64,000 nucleotides of DNA, from sequence record MN850645.1; one strand, 5' to 3'. Each line of letters opens with the position of its first letter. Position 1 is the first letter of the stretch. This DNA comes from Escherichia phage outra. The translations under genes were made by a program, and so were the position numbers. The notes under the pieces are model-generated. The model was not told where the DNA came from. It did not search any database and was given only the letters and a program-made list of their open reading frames with translations. Below, in pieces: positions 47,774 to 57,669 of this stretch.

Positions 47774-47977
47774 ACCTAAATAAAGATGATAGCTTTTACC
47801 TATCAAAAACGTTCACCGAAAAAAGTGAATAGATCGCGGTATCGAGCTAATCAGGGAGCAGATGAACAACCATACCATGAAGATCATAAGGCGCTTACAA
47901 CGGCTTTTAGACCGCTTATTTTTAATTTCTTCATGCAACTATCTGGCAAAAACAGCCTTTTTCTTGTCTTTCCTCTT

Positions 47978-48052
47978 AAATGATAATCATTCTTATTTAT
48001 AGCTGATTATTTATGCAATAAACTGCATAATGCAATAATGATAATCATTCTT
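47978..48052. promoter_or_regulatory. two Fur-box-like dyads (AATGATAATCATTCTT), 55 bp apart
   Basis: Read directly. Confidence 0.4.
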
Positions 48053-48906
48053 AACTTATGACCATCTAACCTATAAAATAATAAGCTATCTAACTAAATT
48101 AAAACTAATTATCTCACCTTTATTTATAACTTACTGTTACTATCTCATTGATAACCTTATATTAAACAACAATAACTAATATAAATCATTACTAAGCTAA
48201 ATATAATCTATCTAACCTTTAAAACTATAACTATAATCTATCGAATTGTTGCACAAAGTAACTATTAAATTGTTAGTAACATTGCTAAATAATTAATATC
48301 CTATCTATTTATGATCTAATCTTTACCTTCCTATTTATTACCTAAATAACCATTTCATATAGTAATTATTTCATACAATAACTATAACAAGAAACATAAT
48401 TCGCAAGCGTATCATTAGCAGCCTATGCCGGACACATAGGCGGCTAATAATAACGCAACTACACACCCCACATAATAACCATCACCGATAGTTATTATTT
48501 GTGCTTATGTAGCTTGCAACAATTGCAAGCGCAACAATATACTAAGGTATATTGTATCCCTTACATTGTTGCGGTGCGTTATTATTAGCTAATGTTTAGA
48601 ACATTGGCTATAATATAAGCTGCATATAATAAGCTATTCAATAATAAACATCGTGAATAATGACATTGATGATCATAATGCGCCACCCTCCAGGGGGCGC
48701 TATGTGAACACAAAGAAATCTTTCTTATCAAGAAAATATTATCACTATTGCGCAAAATTATTTACATCTGAATAGATGATTTTTCATACTATTATTGTTA
48801 TTTGTTGAGCATAGTTATAGCCTATTTGTTGAGCCTACTTTCTTAAAAGCGCAATAAATCAGAATTATCTTGATTTTTAGTGCGTTTTATAGTATAGAAA
48901 ATATGC

Positions 48907-48923
48907 AAATGATAATCATTATC
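48907..48923. promoter_or_regulatory. near-perfect Fur-box-like site (AAATGATAATCATTATC) just downstream of a TTGATT-N17-TATAGA promoter-like element
   Basis: 15-nt identity with positions 5-19 of the E. coli Fur consensus GATAATGATAATCATTATC. Confidence 0.45.
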
Positions 48924-49480
48924 AGCTATCTTCCACGGGTAGCACTATTTCACGCCAGATCATTTCATTTGGCAAGGTGTATATAGATGTTTAGACTTGC
49001 CAAGTTATTGATTTACTTAGAATTTATCTATTTTGTTGTGAGTAGTACCTTTCTTGCTTAGAAAATAATCAAAAGTCTTATAAGTCATTGAATGATAATA
49101 CAAATGATAATTATTCTCATTGATATTTGAGGGGGACGGTCGGCAGAAATCGGGGGGTGCTGAAAATCGCGTTAAGCACCTCTCGCAAGCGAGCAGTATT
49201 TTGCGGCAAGTTATTGATATTATTGGCTTTACGCTTATGAAAAGGGGGTGTGTCGAAATAAAGCGGGTATACCGGAAAATTTTTGTGGCATAGATATTTA
49301 TTTGTCTATATTATGTACAAAGGGGTGTGTTAAAAATATTAGGTATATATAGAATAATTGATAGGGAAATCCTATACTAATCCCTCCATTAATGATGTTT
49401 CTATGTTACTGTTCTTGTAATAGATGAAAAGACGCTGTATGATGTGTGGCATGAAACGTAAACTTATAAAGGAGTCTGAT

Positions 49481-49858
49481 ATGTGTGTTCCTCTTAGCAG
49501 TCCACTGCTGTTAGAATTTTATAAAGCATGGATGCAAGATCATTCCTCAATGCATCGTGAGAATGTTGGTTTGTGTATTTGCCTTATGGATTATCTGGCA
49601 ACCACTATGTCAAAGAAAAAACCTACGCGAGAAGATATAGAACATTTCAAGATGGTTCGTAGTAAAACGCTGGAAGAGATGAAATTGCAATTCACGTGTG
49701 CTGGGCTATCCTCCTTCCTGCCCTTTAATGATGATCTTCTGTGTTATGAAGATGAAGGTAAGAAACATTCTTGCCATACTAACCCAGAGAGATTGCAGTG
49801 GGTGAAAGATCGTATTGCCGATTCGTGTTTGGTGTTAGGGGGTGACAATGAAAAGTAA
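49481..49858 (+). CDS. hypothetical protein, paralog family member 1
   Basis: LLLEFYKAW...GLCICLMDYL...QFTCAGL...LPFN...CHTN..RLQWVKDRI; AAAGGAG RBS. Confidence 0.5.
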   Translation: MCVPLSSPLLLEFYKAWMQDHSSMHRENVGLCICLMDYLATTMSKKKPTREDIEHFKMVRSKTLEEMKLQFTCAGLSSFLPFNDDLLCYEDEGKKHSCHTNPERLQWVKDRIADSCLVLGGDNEK

Positions 49859-50216
49859 TATTCCGTTGAGTAGTGCAGCTTTAATACGATTCTATAAAGC
49901 ATGGATTGCCAACCATCCGGCAATGAATCGCACAACGAGTGGCTTGTGTGGTTGTCTGGTAGATTATGTAGATGATTTTGTTGGTGAGGTAACTAGAGAA
50001 GAAGATAAAAGATGGCGTGATCGTTTGTTGGATAGTTTGAAATACGAAATGAGGAAACAATTTACATGTGCAGGACTGGACTACAATCTTCCGTTCAATG
50101 CAGATTGCATGGATTACCTTTCAGAATGTATAGACTTGGCGTGTCATACCAACACGTTACGTCTTCAATGGGTGAAAAACAGAATCGAAGATGCAAATAA
50201 TGCTTGCATTGAATAG
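49848..50216 (+). CDS. hypothetical protein, paralog family member 2
   Basis: Same motif set as 49481..49858; tandem duplicate. Confidence 0.5.
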   Translation: MKSNIPLSSAALIRFYKAWIANHPAMNRTTSGLCGCLVDYVDDFVGEVTREEDKRWRDRLLDSLKYEMRKQFTCAGLDYNLPFNADCMDYLSECIDLACHTNTLRLQWVKNRIEDANNACIE

Positions 50217-50286
50217 AAATGCCTGTACACTGTGTTCCATAAGATATGCAATATCGCGCATAACAAACTACTAATGAGAGGTGTAA

Positions 50287-50745
50287 ATGAAAACTGTATC
50301 TTTGTATCTTGCTAACACGGAGCGTGTACATAATCTTGTAAAAGAATGTGGTGTGAGTGTTCAATTTAACACAGGAAAGCCTTCTGTGGTGATAGGCAGT
50401 GAGATGTGTGTTATTGATTTCATCAATGAATATTTTCGTGGGAAGCCTATTGCTCGTCACTTCATCCGAGAAATGCGAGATGTACAACAGGATTATGAAT
50501 TCTACCCAGAAATTTGTGAACGCTATGAAACTATTCTTAGTTCTGTAGAAGATCCAGATACCAGTGAAACAGGTGCTTCCCACTTACTGTGGATGTTGAA
50601 TGAAATTCAGGATGGGTGTAATGGTATGTCTGAAACCAAACGCCATCGTTGGCTAGGTTATATTCAGGGTGTTATGGTTATGAAAAACCTTATTACAGTG
50701 AATGACGAACGTAATGCTACACGCCCCGTCTTTAATGGAGCATAA
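50287..50745 (+). CDS. hypothetical protein
   Basis: 152 aa. Confidence 0.45.
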   Translation: MKTVSLYLANTERVHNLVKECGVSVQFNTGKPSVVIGSEMCVIDFINEYFRGKPIARHFIREMRDVQQDYEFYPEICERYETILSSVEDPDTSETGASHLLWMLNEIQDGCNGMSETKRHRWLGYIQGVMVMKNLITVNDERNATRPVFNGA

Positions 50746-50746
50746 C

Positions 50747-50962
50747 ATGAAAAGGATTCAGGTGTGTATTGAAAATAATTGTGGTTATCTGGGGTTGACA
50801 CACGTTGCTTTCCCTCTTATATTAGATGCTGATATCGCTTACAGCGGAGTTGCTTATGTGTCATTCAAGACAATGAGCCAAGTACCTGGCTGGAAGTGGG
50901 AAGTAGTTGATGTTGTTGAAGGAGAAGATTATGTTTTCCTTCCACACGAATATACTGTTTAA
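50747..50962 (+). CDS. hypothetical protein
   Basis: Start at ATG next to upstream stop. Confidence 0.4.
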   Translation: MKRIQVCIENNCGYLGLTHVAFPLILDADIAYSGVAYVSFKTMSQVPGWKWEVVDVVEGEDYVFLPHEYTV

Positions 50963-50977
50963 AGAGAGGAAAAGAAG

Positions 50978-51154
50978 ATGGATAAACAAACTACTGTGTA
51001 CTTAGTAACAAAGAATACCCCAGGCTGGAGCCAATGCAGCACTGTCCCTTACAAGATCTGTGCAACATTAGAACTAGCACAACGTGCAGAAGCAGAAGTG
51101 AATGCCATGCAATACAGCTATGGTGAAATCATTCCTTTTACTCTTGAACAATAA
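50978..51154 (+). CDS. hypothetical small protein
   Basis: 58 aa hand-translated; GAGAGGAAAAG RBS. Confidence 0.3.
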   Translation: MDKQTTVYLVTKNTPGWSQCSTVPYKICATLELAQRAEAEVNAMQYSYGEIIPFTLEQ

Positions 51155-51165
51155 GGAGTTGTGTA

Positions 51166-51618
51166 ATGTTTGAAATTGGTAAAGTGTATCGTTTTAAAAA
51201 CCCATCTTATATCCGTAAGTTTGCTAACATGTCTGAGTGCAATAGCAGGATTGCTTCTTTTTTAGGTGATTCCTATTTTCGTGTATTAGATGTGGATGAT
51301 TGGTATGGTGTCACTGCTTTGCAATCCTTAGCAGGAGAACAAGAAATTATCGCTCAAAATGAAGGAGACTTTCTTCAGTGTTACACGTTGCTTGCAAAAA
51401 GTGAGTTTGAGTATTTTGTAGAAGTCTTAGAGGAAGCACCAAAAAGTAAACACGAAGAGAAATACCTGCTTGTAGTGGATGGAGTTCCGATCATGGAAAC
51501 CATCTCCCGTGAGGAAGTTGAAAAAGAGGCGAAACGTTACAAGCTGGATCGTACACAGAGTGTAGTTGAAGTCTATTCTCTTGTTGGTGTTGCAGATATT
51601 AGTGTGAACATCGTATAA
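51166..51618 (+). CDS. hypothetical protein
   Basis: 150 aa. Confidence 0.45.
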   Translation: MFEIGKVYRFKNPSYIRKFANMSECNSRIASFLGDSYFRVLDVDDWYGVTALQSLAGEQEIIAQNEGDFLQCYTLLAKSEFEYFVEVLEEAPKSKHEEKYLLVVDGVPIMETISREEVEKEAKRYKLDRTQSVVEVYSLVGVADISVNIV

Positions 51619-51621
51619 TAT

Positions 51622-51834
51622 ATGTGTAATGACAGATACATTCTTCGTGTATCTGATAAGTCTCCTATGTTTGACTGGCGGGGCTGGTGGCTACTAGCTC
51701 CGATGCAAGGTCTGACAGACGTGGAAAAGGAGGCTTATGTGTATACAAAAGAAGAGATAGAAGATAGTCTTTATTTGACAGATAACATTAAGAATGGTAT
51801 CTTTGAGTGTAAATTGAAAGGAGAGGAAGAATGA
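51622..51834 (+). CDS. hypothetical protein
   Basis: 70 aa. Confidence 0.4.
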   Translation: MCNDRYILRVSDKSPMFDWRGWWLLAPMQGLTDVEKEAYVYTKEEIEDSLYLTDNIKNGIFECKLKGEEE

Positions 51835-52130
51835 CTGTTACAGAAAAACTGCGTTGTATTGCAAAGCAAAGTGGAGAAGGTTTATGGTTTCCTATTGAGG
51901 AAATTATTCAGGACTGTTATGATCAGGCTAAGACTGGCAAATATTCCAAAGCATTTAAACCATCTGTTTTCGGTTTGGATGACTATCCAAAAAATGAACA
52001 AGCAAAGAAACGACAAGTTGATTTGATTGATCTTGCTATGGAAGCACTACGAGAGCATGGACTTAGTAAGGTGTATGCTTTAAACACCAAAGAGGGCTTT
52101 GTAGATTCAGTGATCGTAGACTGGTATTAA
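51831..52130 (+). CDS. hypothetical protein
   Basis: 99 aa; ATGA coupling. Confidence 0.45.
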   Translation: MTVTEKLRCIAKQSGEGLWFPIEEIIQDCYDQAKTGKYSKAFKPSVFGLDDYPKNEQAKKRQVDLIDLAMEALREHGLSKVYALNTKEGFVDSVIVDWY

Positions 52131-52139
52131 GGAGAAGTC

Positions 52140-52508
52140 ATGCAAGAGAATACTAAAGTGTGTAGCATGAAAAGCAGCCCCTATTTGCTACAATTTTATG
52201 CGTGGTGGTTAGAACAAGAAGATACAAACTTTAGCAAAAAGCATTATGGTCTTTGCACGTGTCTTGTAGACTTCTTATACAATATTGCTTGGATAAAAGA
52301 TGTTGAGAATGTAGCAAACCTCCAATCCTCTGTACGAGAGGAAATGAAGGAACAATTTAAGAAAGCGGGTTTGAACCATTTACATCCGTTTAATACGGAT
52401 TTCTCGCACTACTTTACGGAAACAGAGTTAGGCATTGCACACCTTAATAAAGAACGTGTACAATGGGTGATTGATCGTATTCGTGATATGGAGGAATACA
52501 ATGGTTAA
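52140..52508 (+). CDS. hypothetical protein, paralog family member 3
   Basis: YLLQFYAWW...GLCTCLVDFL...QFKKAGL...HPFN...ERVQWVIDRI. Confidence 0.5.
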   Translation: MQENTKVCSMKSSPYLLQFYAWWLEQEDTNFSKKHYGLCTCLVDFLYNIAWIKDVENVANLQSSVREEMKEQFKKAGLNHLHPFNTDFSHYFTETELGIAHLNKERVQWVIDRIRDMEEYNG

Positions 52509-52719
52509 GTTTAAAACTTTCTGTGCAATCACTGTTTGTCTTATTCTTGCATACGTGTTATTCTCTGGTATCGTTCGTTTAGGTGAGTATATGGCAAGAG
52601 AAGCTCGTGAAAGTGCAGCTAAAAAAGAACAGTGTATTGTGTTCAAGCATCAAAGAGATGCTGAAAAGTTTCTCGCACTTGATTGCAATCGTTATGTATC
52701 TTATCAAATGTATGAGTAA
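52501..52719 (+). CDS. small membrane-anchored protein (paralog of 57210..57434)
   Basis: N-terminal TM helix; KEQCIVFKHQRDAEKFL motif shared with 57210..57434. Confidence 0.4.
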   Translation: MVKFKTFCAITVCLILAYVLFSGIVRLGEYMAREARESAAKKEQCIVFKHQRDAEKFLALDCNRYVSYQMYE

Positions 52720-52728
52720 GGAGGGTTT

Positions 52729-52953
52729 ATGGTAAAACGTCTGGAATGGGATGCGTGTACTGCTCACGCTTGTCACTGTGATATTGTTGAAGATCCTAAT
52801 GGAGAAATGGTGTATTATGAAGATTACGAAGCATTGCATAATGCTGTGATCGCTTTACTGGATGATATTAGCTCACGCTATCCAGGACAACAGTTTACGT
52901 GTCCACATATTCAACTGTTAGCCAAACTTACGGAGTATCCAAGTGTTCCATAA
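52729..52953 (+). CDS. hypothetical protein (CDIV.DP.GE motif, paralog of 58086..58358)
   Basis: 74 aa. Confidence 0.4.
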   Translation: MVKRLEWDACTAHACHCDIVEDPNGEMVYYEDYEALHNAVIALLDDISSRYPGQQFTCPHIQLLAKLTEYPSVP

Positions 52954-53131
52954 TATGGGTGTCCCTGAACAACTCCTCTTTATTGTAGGACTAGTAGGCT
53001 TATTGGCGGCTGGCGCTAAAGCCGCTTCTCACACGCATCACATAATGTTAAGATTTCTATTCCTGCTCCCTTCTATCCTCGTGTTATTAGTCATACTGAT
53101 CGATAATATTTTGCACAATTAAGGAGAGGTT

Positions 53132-53716
53132 ATGAGTAAAATTATACCAAGCAGTTATGAATTATTGCAGTTTTATGTCTATTATATAGACTGGGTTACT
53201 AGATCGAATGTTAAAGACAATGCGATGTTTAGTAAAAACATCTGTTTAACAGAAAGTATCTTCCGTTACTGGCACACAGGCAGAAAGTGTACACACAGTG
53301 AAGCTATGCGCATTGTAGGAGAATATCTGGAGCAATTGCAAAAAGCAGAGTTACCTGTCCTTCACCCATTCAACGAATCTAAAGAAGAATTAGAACAAGA
53401 GTGTAGAGAAGGTAAGTGCCATTTGAATGAAAAACGTATCGAATGGGTGAGGCAACGTTTAGCCGATACAGGAAAGCCTCCTAGTGACTCTGACTATACG
53501 TGGTATGATGTAGAGGGTTTAGTTCAAGGTTTTGAGGCTTGTGCTATAGATAATACCAACTTTGCCAAAGTTTTATGCGAGGCTTATGATCTGGCAGATA
53601 AAATCCGAAATCAAGGATGGAAACAAGAGCATAAAGAATCATATGAACGTCTTGACAAGATTTTCAAACAGATCTATTCTAACCACAAAGAGATGTTCCA
53701 AATGGAGGATGTGTAA
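53132..53716 (+). CDS. hypothetical protein, paralog family member 4 (divergent, with C-terminal extension)
   Basis: YELLQFYVYY...LHPFN...CHLNEKRIEWVRQRLAD. Confidence 0.45.
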   Translation: MSKIIPSSYELLQFYVYYIDWVTRSNVKDNAMFSKNICLTESIFRYWHTGRKCTHSEAMRIVGEYLEQLQKAELPVLHPFNESKEELEQECREGKCHLNEKRIEWVRQRLADTGKPPSDSDYTWYDVEGLVQGFEACAIDNTNFAKVLCEAYDLADKIRNQGWKQEHKESYERLDKIFKQIYSNHKEMFQMEDV

Positions 53717-54399
53717 TGAAAGAGATTATGTTTGAAGGTCATCGTTACGAAGTTCCAGACAATGCAAATTTCATGGCTCGTGATATCACTGGAGATGTGT
53801 TCTGGTTTGAAGATGAACCTGTGTTTTCGAACAAACACTGGTTTTCACAACAATCTTCTTCGGAAAATATGACTTTTGGTTATGTAGAACCTAAAGTACG
53901 TTGCAAAGCAGCTTCTTCTTTGGTAAAAATTTCCCAAGATGACCAAGAAAATACTCAAGATGTTGTTAGTGCGCTACTGAAGTACATTGCAGAACTTGAG
54001 AAGAAAATTAAAGAAGCAGAAACTAAGGTGGAAGCACGATCAGCAATCATCGAAGCTATGTCTGAACGTATTTTAGAACTAGAAGATTTGTGTGGAGAGG
54101 CTTATCAAGTGGTTGGTGCACTGGCTTGTGAAGCACAAATGTTTGAAACTTCAGAACAAGTTTCACATATGTTAGATAATTTGAGTGAATGTAAAATGAT
54201 TCATGATGATGTGTTACCATTTTGTTGCAATGTTAACAAAACAGAGCAAACACAAGATTCAGAAACAGTTTATGTTCCGCTAATGTGTGTTCCAGATCAT
54301 CTAAAAGGTGTATTCTCTTGTAAATGGTCGCTGTTGAGCGTTACTAATTGTGGTGAAAACTATTCTGCTAACATTGAATTGCTAAAACACGTTAAATAA
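53716..54399 (+). CDS. hypothetical protein with central coiled coil
   Basis: 227 aa. Confidence 0.45.
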   Translation: MKEIMFEGHRYEVPDNANFMARDITGDVFWFEDEPVFSNKHWFSQQSSSENMTFGYVEPKVRCKAASSLVKISQDDQENTQDVVSALLKYIAELEKKIKEAETKVEARSAIIEAMSERILELEDLCGEAYQVVGALACEAQMFETSEQVSHMLDNLSECKMIHDDVLPFCCNVNKTEQTQDSETVYVPLMCVPDHLKGVFSCKWSLLSVTNCGENYSANIELLKHVK

Positions 54400-54409
54400 G
54401 GAGAGTAAG

Positions 54410-54814
54410 ATGTGGTCTGTTAAAATCAAATATAATGCACAGTATTATGGTGGACAACCTTATGAAGTTGTTATTTGTGACTGTATCTCTAAAGAAGTTG
54501 CACAGCTTTGTGGCACTGGTGTTAGTGAAGCTATGAACAAAATGCATAACTCGACTGTGCGTTACCTGGATCAAGATATTCCAGAAGATGTAAATGATTA
54601 TGGTTACGAAATTATTTACAGTGAAGGTAAGAAGCTCTCTATTGAAGATGCACTTAAAGCACTACCTGCTATGTGCAATCCAACACCAGAAGCAGTTAAA
54701 AAGATTTTACCAGAATCCAACCCCGATGAATATGCTGCTATGGTTGCTTCAGACATGTGGAATCTCTGTCGAGAAACTATGATTAAAAATCTGGTGGAAA
54801 TGGCGCATGAGTAA
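54410..54814 (+). CDS. hypothetical protein
   Basis: 134 aa. Confidence 0.45.
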   Translation: MWSVKIKYNAQYYGGQPYEVVICDCISKEVAQLCGTGVSEAMNKMHNSTVRYLDQDIPEDVNDYGYEIIYSEGKKLSIEDALKALPAMCNPTPEAVKKILPESNPDEYAAMVASDMWNLCRETMIKNLVEMAHE

Positions 54815-55025
54815 AACGCACTTTATACATCCATTTGATCCAAAGAACAAGGCGGTTATACACCGCCGTTGGACTGAAACGCGCATTACAAAATGTCCTG
54901 TGCCAGCAGCAGAGGAATATAACAAAACATATAAAGCAGAATTTGTGGAGTACACCTTTGTGAATAACAAAGGGAAAGAGGTTTATGTTCCAGAATACTG
55001 CCTTTGGATAAAATGGGAGGAATAA
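54807..55025 (+). CDS. hypothetical protein
   Basis: 72 aa. Confidence 0.4.
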   Translation: MSKTHFIHPFDPKNKAVIHRRWTETRITKCPVPAAEEYNKTYKAEFVEYTFVNNKGKEVYVPEYCLWIKWEE

Positions 55026-55193
55026 TGCAAACATTTTTTATCGACAAGTTCAATAAAAATATGAACACGTGGATGGCAACATTCACTATGCAATTTGCAT
55101 CGTTTAAAGAAGCTCAAGAATGGTGCGATCAACACAAGGATTTTGATTTTTACTATCAAATCAATCCGAATCTCTCTCCAGAGGAGAAATAAT

Positions 55194-55538
55194 ATGTTGG
55201 CTGATATTGAAATCCTTATGTACCGACAAGGTATGATCAAAATGTGGCTAGATTCTTTTAGCAACATATACTGCACAGTGCGATCAGCAGAGGAGCGTAA
55301 AACGCTTATTTTATCTGCTATTGTTGATAAACAACGTTTCTTCAAAGAAGTTTTGCAAACAGGCTTCTCCGATGCAGGAGTAGAAATTGCAACTCTTAGT
55401 CTTGGGGTGCTGTCTTACTTGGAATCCGTTGTTTTATATGTCTTCTCTTTAGAAGAACACTTGCAATTTGAAGCATTAAAACTTATCTTAGATGCTGCAA
55501 TTGACATAGAACAAAATCGAATTGATTCTTTTGAATAA
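55194..55538 (+). CDS. hypothetical protein
   Basis: Start at Met with GGAGA RBS. Confidence 0.4.
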   Translation: MLADIEILMYRQGMIKMWLDSFSNIYCTVRSAEERKTLILSAIVDKQRFFKEVLQTGFSDAGVEIATLSLGVLSYLESVVLYVFSLEEHLQFEALKLILDAAIDIEQNRIDSFE

Positions 55539-55554
55539 AAATAAGGAGGAAACT

Positions 55555-56013
55555 ATGCAAGAGGTTAAACATTATCCACATGGTCGTAGTTTTGTAGCTG
55601 TATGGCATGTTCCTGCTCGTAATGAACTATTTTGTGCATCTTTTCATTACAAAGATGGACAATATTTCACCTATGACGAGACAATGGATGATTTTATCCC
55701 AGAGTGCGATCACGGGTATACACCAATGTTCTTTAAACGTATGAAAGCTCGTTTCTTCGTTACAGATGTTGATGGTGAACCTACTTGGCATATCGAAGAA
55801 GATTGGCAAGATTCTGTAGATATTAAAGAAGCCCCAGAATGGGCTACATTACTGGTACACGTCAAAACCCCTACTCTTGACGTTATGGCGTGGGTTAATC
55901 ATGATGATACCCATTACCAATACATAAATGGTAGCACAGAGATTTCTGGTGAGATTATTGGTCGTTGGAAGCCTACGAATCAGGTTGCCATTGTCGGGTA
56001 TAAGACAGTATAA
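55555..56013 (+). CDS. hypothetical protein
   Basis: Start at Met with AAGGAGG RBS. Confidence 0.45.
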   Translation: MQEVKHYPHGRSFVAVWHVPARNELFCASFHYKDGQYFTYDETMDDFIPECDHGYTPMFFKRMKARFFVTDVDGEPTWHIEEDWQDSVDIKEAPEWATLLVHVKTPTLDVMAWVNHDDTHYQYINGSTEISGEIIGRWKPTNQVAIVGYKTV

Positions 56014-56199
56014 TATGAAAAATAGTGTAGACTGGGATGATTTATCCGATTTTGAAAAATGGTTCTTAGGTAGTGGTTGTTATGCAGATGGGGATCTCGA
56101 AAGAGATCCTTCTGGAAATTACACTATGCCATTAACCCAAGGTTTTTATGAGTGCTGGTGCGCAGCACAAAACAACGTACTGAATAAGGAGACAACACA

Positions 56200-56439
56200 A
56201 TGCAATTAAACATCGGACAACCAATTTTTGATGCAGATACTGGTCAATATGCAGTGATTGTTGCTCGTATGAGCGGTGATGACCTTATTGTTTCAGAACT
56301 ACTCGGATCAGATCCGCAACTGCGCGTAGTATGTGACCTATATCTTCGAGACGAAAGTGATCGCATTGCACTGAAAGAAGATGGTATGCTCTACTACACC
56401 TGGACTAGAGATCCTGGGGTAACGGAGGTAGAGGTATAA
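56200..56439 (+). CDS. hypothetical protein
   Basis: 79 aa. Confidence 0.4.
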   Translation: MQLNIGQPIFDADTGQYAVIVARMSGDDLIVSELLGSDPQLRVVCDLYLRDESDRIALKEDGMLYYTWTRDPGVTEVEV

Positions 56440-56738
56440 TGGTAAGGAATAGGGGTTTACATAAAAGAAGACACCTTACTTACTGGCATCGTAAAGTACA
56501 TGAACCTGTATCAAAGAAAGAATGGCAATATCTGCCTTATGGGAAGGAGCGAAGAAAGTATTTGTTAGCTCATTTAAGGGTACATGGTTCTCTTCCTGTT
56601 AACAGTAAGTGGCAATTGCAAACAGCTTATGACGAAGATATGAAATATCTGTTAAAGAGAGGCATTATTTGCCTTGTTAAGATAGGACGATGGAAATCTC
56701 GTCAATCTTATATCGTACTTAAACAGGAGAAACGATGA
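56439..56738 (+). CDS. hypothetical basic protein (possible nucleic-acid binding)
   Basis: 99 aa, R/K/H-rich N-terminus. Confidence 0.4.
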   Translation: MVRNRGLHKRRHLTYWHRKVHEPVSKKEWQYLPYGKERRKYLLAHLRVHGSLPVNSKWQLQTAYDEDMKYLLKRGIICLVKIGRWKSRQSYIVLKQEKR

Positions 56739-56986
56739 ATATCAAAGATGTTGTAGCATACGTAGAAGATGAAGTTAAAAACCATACAAGTTTACTGAAA
56801 GTAATGGTTGTGGTTAAAGATGGTATTGGACAAGTAAACGTACAACATGTCTTATCTGACACTGTATATAATGTGTTTGAATGTAAAGAAACACCTCATG
56901 GAGTACGTGTGGTTTATATTGATAACAATTTCAAAGAATGTGTGAGACATACCTTAGAAAATGAACTAAGGATCACAATCTTATGA
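56735..56986 (+). CDS. hypothetical protein
   Basis: 83 aa. Confidence 0.4.
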   Translation: MNIKDVVAYVEDEVKNHTSLLKVMVVVKDGIGQVNVQHVLSDTVYNVFECKETPHGVRVVYIDNNFKECVRHTLENELRITIL

Positions 56987-57209
56987 GTTATTATGTTGTA
57001 CCTTATGCCAATAAGTGGAGAGTAAGAGAAACTTGTTTTCTATTCTCCTGGTGGGCTACGTTCGGAGATGGTTGTGGAAATGATACAGGAAAGCCTGTAG
57101 AGTACGACACAAAAGAAGAATGTGAACAGTGGATAAAATTAACACAAAGATGTTGACACGATCTTAACTTCTTGTTAGTATCAATGTGTACTAACGATAA
57201 GGAGGGTTT

Positions 57210-57434
57210 ATGAAGTCTGTAAACAAGTTGCAACAATTTTTGTTATCAACAGCAATCTTTTTGCTTTTGTTAATTGGTATTCTGTATGGTGCATCTAACT
57301 TATACAATCTACATAATGATGTAGAACAGAATAAAGAGAAGTGCATCATTCTAAAACACAAGAAACAAGCAGAAGATTTCTTAAAGAATAAGTGTTACAA
57401 CTACATTGATTATGAGGAGACAAACAATGATTAA
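57210..57434 (+). CDS. small membrane-anchored protein (paralog of 52501..52719)
   Basis: TM helix plus KEKCIILKHKKQAEDFL. Confidence 0.4.
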   Translation: MKSVNKLQQFLLSTAIFLLLLIGILYGASNLYNLHNDVEQNKEKCIILKHKKQAEDFLKNKCYNYIDYEETNND

Positions 57435-57669
57435 AGAATTAGGTATGCGAGTATACAGTGAGTGGACTCCAAGCAATGGCCCAGGAGTTGTTGCAGCTAA
57501 ATGTATCAATGGTCGTATTGAGTACCTGGAAGGGTATGAAGATAATGAAGAGTTAGTAGATTATGCTAAATCTTTTATTGAAGATGATACAGACTTTATT
57601 GTATTATATGATACAGGAGAGTTAGAGTATGGATATGATGGAGATGGGGATATCTTTGAACTTCAATAA
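57427..57669 (+). CDS. hypothetical acidic protein
   Basis: Start at Met. Confidence 0.4.
   Translation: MIKELGMRVYSEWTPSNGPGVVAAKCINGRIEYLEGYEDNEELVDYAKSFIEDDTDFIVLYDTGELEYGYDGDGDIFELQ

Noticed and set aside
36842-48923. Calling the AT-rich dyads definite host Fur boxes
   Set aside because: The similarity to the Fur consensus is strong at 48907-48923, but AT-rich palindromes are common in phage DNA and no binding data are available; reported as Fur-box-like only.
36400-49420. tRNA genes in the two non-coding regions
   Set aside because: No GTTCGAATC / GGTTCAAATCC-type T-loop with matching acceptor stem was found by eye; this needs tRNAscan-SE to confirm, but none is annotated.
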